64,000 nt of DNA, from NCBI GenBank assembly GCA_012839765.1, contig DUMW01000027.1, positions 1,137 to 65,136 of the forward strand. Reading direction: 5' to 3'. The position numbers were made by a program, and so were the translations under genes. This DNA is from Bacillota bacterium (GTDB taxonomy: Bacteria > Bacillota > Limnochordia > DUMW01). Under the pieces are notes generated by a model, which ran no database searches, was not told the DNA's origin, and saw nothing but the letters and a program-made list of their open reading frames with translations. Of the stretch, positions 37,198 to 45,710 are shown in pieces (the first letter of the stretch is position 1; each line of letters starts with the position of its first letter).

Positions 37198-39195
37198 GTG
37201 GGTAAACTGACCCTGAATAACCGAGAAATAACCTTTACCGATGAGAAGAACCTGTTGGAGGTTATCCGGAACGCAGGCATCGACCTGCCGACCTTTTGCT
37301 ATCATTCCGATTTGAGTGTCTACGGCGGATGCCGCATGTGTGTAGTGGAAATCGGCGGAATGGGCGTGGTGGCTTCCTGCTCCACACCGCCTAGCGACGG
37401 TATGGTGGTACGCACCCACACCGCAAGACTCCAAAAGATCCGCAAACTGGCTTTGGAGCTGATCTTGGCCAACCACGATCGGGAATGCACCACCTGTAAG
37501 AAGAGCGGCGATTGCCACCTGCAGGATCTCTCCCACCGGCTCGGGGTAGATGAGATCCGCTTCGGACACCGGGACAAACACCTGCCCATCGACGCCAGCA
37601 GCCCCAGTGTAGTGCGGGATCCCAACAAGTGCATCCTGTGCGGCGACTGTGTGCGCATGTGCGAAGAGATCCAGGGCATCGGCGTCCTCGGCTTTGCCAA
37701 CCGCGGTTCCGATGTGGTGGTCACCCCCGCCTTCGGCAAGAACATGGCGGAAGTGGACTGTGTCAGTTGCGGCCAGTGCGCGGCGGTGTGCCCCACGGCG
37801 GCCCTGACCATCAAACATGAATATGACAAGGTCTTTGAACAGATCAATGCGGGCAAAACCGTAATTGCCCAGATCGCCCCCGCGGTACGGGTGGCCATCG
37901 GCGAAGCCTTTGGGCTGCCCTCGGGGGAGAACAACATCGGCAAACTGGTGGCGGCCTTGAAATACCTGGGCTTCAGCAAGGTCTTCGACACCAGCGTCAC
38001 CGCAGACCTGACGGTGCTAGAGGAGACCGAGGAATTTTTGGAGCGGGTCACCACCGGCAGCAACAACTTGCCCCTGTTTACCTCCTGCTGCCCGGCCTGG
38101 GTGAAGTTTGCGGAGCAGTACTATCCGAACCTGTTGCCGCACCTATCTTCCTGCCGGTCGCCCCAGCAGATGTTCGGTTCGGTAGTGAAGCGGTATTACT
38201 CCGAGAAACTGGGCGTAAAGCCAGAGGACATTTTCCTGGTATCCATCATGCCCTGTACCGCCAAGAAGTTCGAGGCCAAGCGGCCTGAGTTCACCACCAA
38301 CGGCGTGGCCGATGTGGACCTGGTGCTCACCACCCAGGAAGTGGTGGCCATGTTGAAAAACGCAGGCATCGACTTCCCATCCCTGGATGTGGAGCCCTTT
38401 GACAGCCCCTTCGGCTTTGCCACCGGAGCGGGAATCATCTTTGGTGTCAGCGGTGGCGTCAGCGAAGCAGTGCTCCGCTATGCCGCAGAAAAACTGGGGG
38501 CCAACATCAACAACGGTGAGGTAGAGGTGGTAAAGCACATCAGTCCCGAGGGCATCACCGTCTTGACGGCCCAGCTAGGCGATCAAACCCTGAAACTGGG
38601 GGTGGTCAGCGGCTTGGCCAATGCCCGGGAACTAGTTGATAAACTAGATGAACTGGATCTGGACATCATCGAAGTGATGGCTTGCCCCGGCGGTTGTGTC
38701 AACGGTGCCGGCCAACCCCAAAGCTTTAACGGTGACCGGCGTAAGCAGCGGACCAAGGGCTTGGTAAATGCCGAAAAGATGACCCAACTGCGCAAGTCCC
38801 AGCAGAACCCCAGCTTGATGAACTTGTACAACGAGTGGCTGGAGAAGCCCGGCAGCACAGTGGCCCATCAGGCTCTGCACACCGAATACAAGCCCCGGCG
38901 GCGCTTAGCAGGGCTGGGAATCACCCTGGAGGAAGGGGCCCAGACCGATGTGGAAGTCTGTATCGGAACCTGCTGCTACCTGCGGGGTTCCTACGACATC
39001 CTGCAGCAGATCTCCAAGGAGATCCAGACGGCTGGGTGTGAAGAAAAGGTTAACTTGAAGGGCACCTTCTGCTTTGAACAATGCAGCGGTGGCCCGATGG
39101 TAAGAATCAACGATACCCTGATTGGCAACGTCACCCCGGAGAAGGTACCGGAGCTAATCAAGCAGATTGTGGAACTAACGACAGAAAAACAGTAA
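37198..39195 (+). CDS. hydA: [FeFe] hydrogenase catalytic subunit (HydA, NuoG-like N-term + H-cluster + C-terminal Trx-like 2Fe-2S)
   Basis: N-terminal 2Fe-2S (CRMCVVEIGG). H-cluster motifs L1 FTSCCPAWV, L2 MPCTAKKFE and L3 EVMACPGGCVNGAGQP. C-terminal CIGTCCYLRG...FCFEQCSGGPMV. GTG start. Confidence 0.9.
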   Translation: MGKLTLNNREITFTDEKNLLEVIRNAGIDLPTFCYHSDLSVYGGCRMCVVEIGGMGVVASCSTPPSDGMVVRTHTARLQKIRKLALELILANHDRECTTCKKSGDCHLQDLSHRLGVDEIRFGHRDKHLPIDASSPSVVRDPNKCILCGDCVRMCEEIQGIGVLGFANRGSDVVVTPAFGKNMAEVDCVSCGQCAAVCPTAALTIKHEYDKVFEQINAGKTVIAQIAPAVRVAIGEAFGLPSGENNIGKLVAALKYLGFSKVFDTSVTADLTVLEETEEFLERVTTGSNNLPLFTSCCPAWVKFAEQYYPNLLPHLSSCRSPQQMFGSVVKRYYSEKLGVKPEDIFLVSIMPCTAKKFEAKRPEFTTNGVADVDLVLTTQEVVAMLKNAGIDFPSLDVEPFDSPFGFATGAGIIFGVSGGVSEAVLRYAAEKLGANINNGEVEVVKHISPEGITVLTAQLGDQTLKLGVVSGLANARELVDKLDELDLDIIEVMACPGGCVNGAGQPQSFNGDRRKQRTKGLVNAEKMTQLRKSQQNPSLMNLYNEWLEKPGSTVAHQALHTEYKPRRRLAGLGITLEEGAQTDVEVCIGTCCYLRGSYDILQQISKEIQTAGCEEKVNLKGTFCFEQCSGGPMVRINDTLIGNVTPEKVPELIKQIVELTTEKQ

Positions 39196-39270
39196 GGGAG
39201 GTCGACCCCGATCGCTCAGCTCGTTTCCATACCGAAGCCAACTTTAGAGAGACTGCCCCGGTACCTGCGC

Positions 39271-39855
39271 GTGCTGTACCGAGAGAAGGAAAGGGGCACC
39301 GCCTTCATCTCCTCGGGGGCATTGGGACATGAAACCGGGGTCGACGAATTCCAAGTACGCAAAGATCTGCAGTATGTGAAGATCAGTGGCCGCCCGGGGA
39401 AAGGCTACTTCATCGATGACCTCATCTACAGCATCGAAGAATTGTTGGGACTGAACAAGGTAAATGAGGCGATCGTCATTGGTGCCGGTCGCCTCGGGCA
39501 GGCCATCAGCCTTTATCCGGGATTTGACCGTTATGGTCTGCGCATCGTCGCCCTTTTTGACAACGATCCCTTCAAGATCGGACAAAAGGTAGGGAACAAG
39601 CCCATCCTCAATGTGGCGAAGATGCCGGAATTAATTAGAAGGATGGCCATCCCAATGGCGGTGATTACCGTACCTGCCGAACACGCACAGGCCGTGGCCG
39701 ACCAAGCCATCCTAGGCGGGGTGCGAGCCCTTTGGAACTTCGCACCGGTGGTCTTGGAAGTGCCACCTGGCGTCCATGTGCGTAACGAGGATCTTGCCGT
39801 TGGGTTGGCATCTTTATCCCATCACTTGGCCAAGGCCACGAAGCGAAGAATCTAA
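39271..39855 (+). CDS. rex: Redox-sensing transcriptional repressor Rex
   Basis: Rossmann GAGRLGQAI and C-terminal Rex blocks. The conserved N-terminal wHTH residues (IPKPTLERLPRYLRVL) are encoded in-frame upstream of the first canonical start (GTG 39271), so the true start is uncertain (see findings). Confidence 0.8.
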   Translation: MLYREKERGTAFISSGALGHETGVDEFQVRKDLQYVKISGRPGKGYFIDDLIYSIEELLGLNKVNEAIVIGAGRLGQAISLYPGFDRYGLRIVALFDNDPFKIGQKVGNKPILNVAKMPELIRRMAIPMAVITVPAEHAQAVADQAILGGVRALWNFAPVVLEVPPGVHVRNEDLAVGLASLSHHLAKATKRRI

Positions 39856-39902
39856 GACGACCCCCGCACACTGTGGATCCTGGCCCTTCTTCGGACACGT
39901 CA

Positions 39903-39964
39903 AGGTTACAGATCCCTGCCATAGGCTCAAAAGGCCATACCCACACCGCAAGGATCTGTAACCT
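39903..39964 (+). other. Long hairpin (13-bp perfect inverted repeat, 36-nt loop) downstream of rex
   Basis: AAGGTTACAGATCC ... GGATCTGTAACCT. There is no U-tract. It lies in a 400-bp intergenic region before hslO. Confidence 0.6.
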
Positions 39965-40252
39965 CAGCCCCCCTTAACGTGAAAATACTTGATTTCCTTC
40001 GTTTCGGATATCCACTGCCCACAACCCGGAAGACAAAGCACAGACCATTCACTAGACCACAGGATACCTCCCAGGAACTTATCCCCAAGATCGCCGGGTG
40101 TATCCAATCGGTCCGCCCCGTGGTACAATACACCTAAAGCCAATACTGCTTTGGCCTGGCGACATGCCGCAGGACACCAAAGGGTGATGCGGTTCATCGT
40201 CGTAAACTCTTTGGGAGTTTTTGTAGTATAATCATCTGGGAGTTGATTATCT

Positions 40253-41149
40253 GTGAGTGATAAACTCATTCGAGCTATGATCGCCAACAAGCAAGCGAGG
40301 ATCTTGGTGGCAAGAACCACGGAGACAGTGGAAACGGGAAGAACCATCCACGGCACCTATCCCACTGCCACCGCGGCCTTCGGTCGCTCTCTTACGGCGG
40401 CGGCTTTGCTGGGAGCCATGTGCAAAGCCGATGAACGGGTGCTTTTGCAGATTATCGGCGACGGGCCCTTGGGCCGGATCGTGGCCGAAAGTAGTCCCAG
40501 CTTGGAAGTGAGGGGCTTTGTCACCAATCCCCACGTCCATCTGCCCTTGAACCCCCAGGGGAAACTGGCGGTGGGACAAGCGGTGGGGAAGGGGCACCTG
40601 TACGTCATCCGCCAGACGGGGCTAAAGACCCCCTACCAAGGTGGTGTGACCTTGGTGAGTGGTGAGATCGCGGACGACTTGGCCTACTACTTTGCCCGTT
40701 CAGAACAGATTCCTTCCGTTGTCTCCCTGGGGGTCTTGGTGAACCCCGACAATTCCGTCCGGGCTGCGGGGGGCTTGATTCTCCAAGTACTGCCCGGAGC
40801 GGAGGAGTGGGTTATCGATCAACTGGAAAAGCGGGCCCAACAACTACCTCCCATCAGCCGCCTCATCGAAAACGGAAAGACCCCAGAAGCCATCATTCAT
40901 CTGTTGGCGGCGGATCTAGAACCGGAGATCATCAGTGAGGAGCCGGTAGCCTACAAGTGCAATTGCTCACGGGAACGATTCGCCACCGCCCTACAGGTCG
41001 TTCAGGAAGAGGAACTGCGGCAAATGATCACCGAAGATCAGGGGGCGGAGCTGGTGTGCCATTTCTGCGGCAATAGGTATCAGCTTACGGCCCAAGAGCT
41101 AGAGGACATCCTGGCGGCCAGAGGGAAAGAAAATCCGTCGACACCTTGA
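40253..41149 (+). CDS. hslO: Hsp33 redox-regulated chaperone (HslO)
   Basis: Hsp33 family with a C-terminal zinc centre CxC...CxxC (YKCNCSRER, CHFCGNRY). GTG start. A promoter-like TG-n-TATAAT lies at about 40222-40235. Confidence 0.9.
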   Translation: MSDKLIRAMIANKQARILVARTTETVETGRTIHGTYPTATAAFGRSLTAAALLGAMCKADERVLLQIIGDGPLGRIVAESSPSLEVRGFVTNPHVHLPLNPQGKLAVGQAVGKGHLYVIRQTGLKTPYQGGVTLVSGEIADDLAYYFARSEQIPSVVSLGVLVNPDNSVRAAGGLILQVLPGAEEWVIDQLEKRAQQLPPISRLIENGKTPEAIIHLLAADLEPEIISEEPVAYKCNCSRERFATALQVVQEEELRQMITEDQGAELVCHFCGNRYQLTAQELEDILAARGKENPSTP

Positions 41150-41283
41150 AATGGGGCAGGGATCATCCTGCCCCTTCCAGAATCTATACTAAGGTTGAAA
41201 AGTGTTTCTTCGGGCATTGTAAAGGTTGTTAACAAAGTCCCGGAAAACAACGATCAATTTCAATGAAGGGGTGGACAGGATCT

Positions 41284-42438
41284 ATGGAGCGACTGCGCAT
41301 CGGAATTGTGGGTGTATCGGGCCGCGGAACAATGGCACGTCTATGGCACAATGAAAACCAGAAACGTTCCGTAGTGGTGGCGGGAATGGACCCATCACCG
41401 GAGTTTTTGGAGCAGTTTAAAGCGACGGTAAACCCCGATGCCTTCACCACCACAGACTTCTATGAATTATTGGAACAGGACATCGATGCAGTGGCCATTT
41501 TCTCCCCGGACAATTTCCACGAAGAGCAGGCCATCGCCGCGCTCAAGGCCGGCAAACACGTTTTCTGCGAAAAACCCATGGCCATTACCACCGAAGGCTG
41601 CGACCGGATGTTGCAGGCCTGGAAGGAGTCGGGCAAGCACTTGATGATCGGACATAACATGCGGTACATGCGCTTTGTCCGGACCATGAAAGAGATCATT
41701 GATGCAGGAGTCATCGGTGAACTGAAGATGGTCTGGTGCCGGCATTTCATCGGCTATGGTGCCCGTTTCTACTTCCATGACTGGCATGGCACTAGGGAAA
41801 ATGTGACCAGTCTCCTGCTCCAAAAGGGGGCCCACGACATCGACGTCATCCACTGGCTAGCTGGCGGTTTCACATCTTCGGTGGTGGGTACCGGTGGCTT
41901 GGACTACTACGGTGGCGACAAAGACAACGATCTCCGTTGTCCCACCTGTCCGGAGAATAAGACCTGTACCGAAGTGCAATCCCGTGCGGAGCCGGCCCGT
42001 CGACAAATGTGTGTCTTTAGGAAAGAAATCGATGTGGAAGATACCAACATGATCCTCATGAACCTGGACAACGGCGTGCGAGCTTGCTACCTGCAGTGCC
42101 ATTTCGCCCCGGACATCTGGCGGAACTATACCTTTATCGGAACCGAAGGACGTTTGGAAAACGTCAATGGGGAGAGCAAGATCACGGTGTTGACCCGGCG
42201 TTCCAACACCTGGCGGGAATACGCTCACCGTACCTATGATGTGAAACCTCCCACCGAGGGAGGCCACGGCGGTGCCGATCCCTTGATCGCGGAAGACTTC
42301 CTGGATCTAGTCTTTACAGGGAAGAGTGAGATTGCCGATCCCATCGCCGCCCGGATGGCCGTGGCCACAGGGGTAGCCGGTGCAGAGTCCATCCGGAACA
42401 ACAGCAAATTAGTCACCATCGATAAACCCCAGCTGTAG
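41284..42438 (+). CDS. Gfo/Idh/MocA family oxidoreductase
   Basis: MERLRIGIVGVSGRGT Rossmann N-terminus. Start set at ATG 41284 (AAGGGGTGG SD) rather than the track ATG 41263. Confidence 0.8.
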   Translation: MERLRIGIVGVSGRGTMARLWHNENQKRSVVVAGMDPSPEFLEQFKATVNPDAFTTTDFYELLEQDIDAVAIFSPDNFHEEQAIAALKAGKHVFCEKPMAITTEGCDRMLQAWKESGKHLMIGHNMRYMRFVRTMKEIIDAGVIGELKMVWCRHFIGYGARFYFHDWHGTRENVTSLLLQKGAHDIDVIHWLAGGFTSSVVGTGGLDYYGGDKDNDLRCPTCPENKTCTEVQSRAEPARRQMCVFRKEIDVEDTNMILMNLDNGVRACYLQCHFAPDIWRNYTFIGTEGRLENVNGESKITVLTRRSNTWREYAHRTYDVKPPTEGGHGGADPLIAEDFLDLVFTGKSEIADPIAARMAVATGVAGAESIRNNSKLVTIDKPQL

Positions 42439-42557
42439 AGGGTTGCTCCAAGGAAAGGTGTTCCAACTTTAGGAACACCTTTCCTTGAGTAGATGTTGGC
42501 GGTCCCGGAATCCGATTGGATTCTATACATCATCAAAGTAGAGGAGTACTAAAGGTC

Positions 42558-43751
42558 ATGCCTTTCGTCTTCAATGAGATTCCGGTGAAACAGTTACTCT
42601 TTGCGGTGACTGGGGCGCTGGATATCGCCGATGAATACTTCCGCATGCACGCGATCCGGGTTTTGTTTGCCAGTCTGCGGATCGGCGAAGAACTGAACCT
42701 GGACAACACAACACTGAAGAGGCTGTTTATGGCGGCGATCCTGCACGATGTGGGAGTGCTAAGCGACCAGGAGCGGGCAGAGCTGATGGCCTTGGAAGTC
42801 CCCCAGGACAAAGTGGAGCTCCACAGCCGGCGGGGAAAGGAATTGCTCCAGAGCCTGCCGGAATTCGAAAACCTAGCCTCGATTGTGGGATACCATCATC
42901 ATCCTGTTTTCGCCATGCCAGAGACAGAAGAAGCTTTCCTGGCCAACATCATCCATCTGGCGGATCGGATCGTGGTGGCGGCCGGGGACGGCCTGCTGGA
43001 ACCGGGCCAGGTGGAGGAAAGCCTCGGATGGGTCCGGGAAAACGCTGGCATCCAATTCGATCCCCGGATCGTAGCGGCCTTTGATCGCCTCACGGACTTG
43101 CCGTCCTTCTGGCTAGATCTCACCACCGATTACGTCTGGGAGCGAGCCATGGATTATTCCTATCTCATTGCGGACAAGTTCGTCGATCCCTTTGTCCTGG
43201 GTCGGCTTTTCGCCAAAATGATCGACCTGCGCTCTCCCTTTACCAGCCGTCATTCCTTCCTGGTGGCGAGTACAGCCAGACGTCTCGGCCAAGAATTCGG
43301 TTTGTCCCAAAGGGAATGCAATATGTTGGAATTGGCCGGACTCCTACACGATCTGGGTAAACTGGCGGTACCCAATAGCATCCTAGAAAAGGAAGGAAAG
43401 CTCACCTACGAAGAACGGAACCATGTCACAGTGCACCCCTATTTCACCTACCAACTGTTGAACGGGATTCCTGGACTGGAGATGGTAAAGGAATGGGCGG
43501 CCTTCCACCATGAACGCATGGACGGCCGAGGCTACCCCTTCCAGATCCCAGGGGAAAACCTCTCCCTAGGCTCCCGGGTATTAGCCGTAGCCGACGTCTA
43601 CGCGGCCCTCAGCGAAAAACGTCCCTACAAAGACCCCCTTCCCCAGGAAGAAGTCATCGCCATCCTCAGAGAAAACGCCGCCGGAGGGGGATTAGACCCC
43701 CACGTCGTGGAAACCGTAGCAAAACTCCCTGTTCACGTAGATTCCGCCTAG
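42558..43751 (+). CDS. Tandem HD / HD-GYP domain protein (c-di-GMP phosphodiesterase family)
   Basis: First domain is HD-like without GYP (ILHDVGV...HHHP...HLADRI). Second is a full HD-GYP (LLHDLGKLAVP...FHHERMDGRGYP). Start ATG 42558 (MPFVFNE) with AGAGGAG SD. Confidence 0.8.
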   Translation: MPFVFNEIPVKQLLFAVTGALDIADEYFRMHAIRVLFASLRIGEELNLDNTTLKRLFMAAILHDVGVLSDQERAELMALEVPQDKVELHSRRGKELLQSLPEFENLASIVGYHHHPVFAMPETEEAFLANIIHLADRIVVAAGDGLLEPGQVEESLGWVRENAGIQFDPRIVAAFDRLTDLPSFWLDLTTDYVWERAMDYSYLIADKFVDPFVLGRLFAKMIDLRSPFTSRHSFLVASTARRLGQEFGLSQRECNMLELAGLLHDLGKLAVPNSILEKEGKLTYEERNHVTVHPYFTYQLLNGIPGLEMVKEWAAFHHERMDGRGYPFQIPGENLSLGSRVLAVADVYAALSEKRPYKDPLPQEEVIAILRENAAGGGLDPHVVETVAKLPVHVDSA

Positions 43752-43787
43752 ATAATCGTAGTGCCCCGGACCCCGGGGCACTAACAC

Positions 43788-44558
43788 CTAATCCTGTTCC
43801 TTATTCCCGGTATAGATGAGGATGGCATCCCGTAAGAATTCCGCAAGACCCGGCTGCTCCTTATCATAGTACTGCCGGAAACGCTCGTCTTCCACATACA
43901 TGCATGCCAGACCCCGATGGGCCTCCTTGTTGTAGGCGGGCCAGCAGAAGGACAACCATTGCCGGTGCAATTCTGCGGCTTTCTGGCCCAGCTCTCCGCC
44001 GGGATCCCCAGTGGCAAAGGCTGCCTTCAGGGTCTCCATCAGCTGCTGGCCCGTTTCCTCCCACTGCCGATACTCCTCTGCACTCAGGCCCAGCAGTCGA
44101 CGATTCCCCTCGTCCACCGCTTCATCACCGTACTTCTCCCGGGCCTCTTTACCGTATTTCCGCTCGTTTTCTTCCACCATCTGCCGTTTGAAGGCCGCAA
44201 ATCTTTCTTCATTGCTCATGGTAATTCTCCTTTCCGCTGCCGCAATGGTCTTTTCCACATTGCGGATTAGAAGATCCAACCGGTCCCGCTTTTCCAGCAA
44301 CTGTTGCCGATGGCGTTTCAGGGCCACCACCGGGTCGAAGTCGGGGGAGTGGAGAATAGCCTTGATCTCTTCCAAGCTTACCCCCAATTCCCGGTAGAAG
44401 GGGATCTGCTGTAACAATTCCACCTGCTCCTGTCGATAGATGCGGTAACCGGAAGCGTTAACCTCCGCGGGCGGCAGTAGTCCAATCTGATCGTAATACC
44501 TAATGGTGCGGGGGCTTACCCCGGCCAGGTCCGCCAAGCTTTGCACCGTGTATTCCAA
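43788..44558 (-). CDS. MerR-family regulator with TipAS-like C-terminal domain
   Basis: MerR HTH LEYTVQSLADLAGVSPRTIRYYDQIGLL. The start is TTG 44558 with AAGGGAGG 7 nt upstream. The track ATG at 44582 lies inside the -10 box, so it was rejected. Confidence 0.8.
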   Translation of the reverse strand: MEYTVQSLADLAGVSPRTIRYYDQIGLLPPAEVNASGYRIYRQEQVELLQQIPFYRELGVSLEEIKAILHSPDFDPVVALKRHRQQLLEKRDRLDLLIRNVEKTIAAAERRITMSNEERFAAFKRQMVEENERKYGKEAREKYGDEAVDEGNRRLLGLSAEEYRQWEETGQQLMETLKAAFATGDPGGELGQKAAELHRQWLSFCWPAYNKEAHRGLACMYVEDERFRQYYDKEQPGLAEFLRDAILIYTGNKEQD

Positions 44559-44580
44559 CCTCGTGCCTCCCTTCGGGAAC

Positions 44581-44611
44581 ATTGTACACCTTGACGTAAC
44601 ATCAAGGTCAA
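44581..44611 (-). promoter_or_regulatory. MerR-type promoter: TTGACC-19 bp-TACAAT with dyad operator ACCTTGA-n7-TCAAGGT in the spacer
   Basis: On the minus strand, -35 TTGACC is at 44611-44606, a 19-nt spacer follows, and -10 TACAAT is at 44586-44581. A 7-bp inverted repeat sits at 44588-44608. This is the classic long-spacer MerR architecture, directly upstream of the MerR gene. Confidence 0.65.
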
Positions 44612-44702
44612 TAGCGGGTCAAAAGATCCCTTCCGGAAGAACGGGGCAGGAAATGGCAAAGGTTCCAGCGAAAAGGGAGAGTAACACGATGGGGATTGCA
44701 CG

Positions 44703-45568
44703 GTGAAAGCGATGACACGGGAAGAATTGGGGGAAAAGTTTGCCCGGATCAAACCATGGCAAAGACGCGGTGAACGCGCCCCCCACAAGCCACTGCTCTT
44801 GCTTTACGCCCCGGGACGCCTGTCCGAGCGCTGGTTGCCTTGGGCGGAAGTGAAGGCAGATCTGGGTAGACTGCTGGAAGAATTCGGTCCACCGCGCCGG
44901 ACCAAGCCAAGGGGTCCCTTTGTTCATCTGTGTTCCGACGGATTGTGGACCTTCTTTCCTTCGGGAGTTGTAAGCCTAAAGGACAACCCTAGCGAGTCTG
45001 TCTTCGATACCAGATCGCCGGTGGCTTTCCCGAGAAGGTTTACCAACTACTGAGGGAGGACCCCGGGCTGGTGCAAGTCCTCGCGGAAGATCTTCAATAC
45101 ACCCATGTCCCCACATCCCAGGGGGATATACTGAAGACTGTGGGATTGAACTATCGGTGGGTGAGAAGGCCCGATCGGGATCCGGCTTTTCGCGAAGGGG
45201 TCTTGGCAGTCTATGACTACCAGTGTGTCATCTGTGGGTTTGATGTGAAACTCGATCAGGGACCCATCGCTTTAGAAGCCGCCAATATCAAATGGTTCCA
45301 GGCCGGTGGCCCTGATGTGGTCAATAACGCTTTGTGTCTGTGCGTCCTTCATCACAAGCTTTTCGACCGGGGAGCCATGGGGATCAAGAAGGTGGCGGGA
45401 CAGAATCTCTACATTACTAAAGTCTCCCCGACGGTCACCGGCACCTGTGGTTATCAAGAGTGGGTCCGTAGGTATGAAAACCAAAGCTTCCGTCCCCCAA
45501 AGGGGAGTCTTTACTACCCGGAACCGGGTTTTGTCCAGTGGCACCTGGAGGAAGTGTTCAGGGGCTGA
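44703..45568 (+). pseudogene. HNH endonuclease, disrupted by a frameshift (two ORFs, 116 aa + 165 aa)
   Basis: N-terminal ORF (ELGEKFARIKPWQRRGERAPHKPLLLLYA) ends at 45053. The second frame is open from 44993 and carries the HNH motif CVICGF...NIKW...LCLCVLHHKLFDRG. The frames overlap by about 60 nt around the run GGTGGCTTTCCC, which is consistent with a +/-1 frameshift in a single gene of about 285 codons. Confidence 0.55.
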
Positions 45569-45710
45569 ATCCCCGGGATGTCCTTGGTCAAAATTGTACT
45601 AGTTTAGGTCAATCTGCCCCATGGTCTTTCGCCAAGCTTTTCTATACTATACTAGTACAGCTTGTTTCCGGTACATAGTCAACCCATTACAATAAGAAGG
45701 AGGTATCCCA

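Noticed and set aside
39964-40356. 130-aa minus-strand ORF in the rex-hslO gap
   Set aside because: It overlaps the hslO start and promoter, and has no SD.
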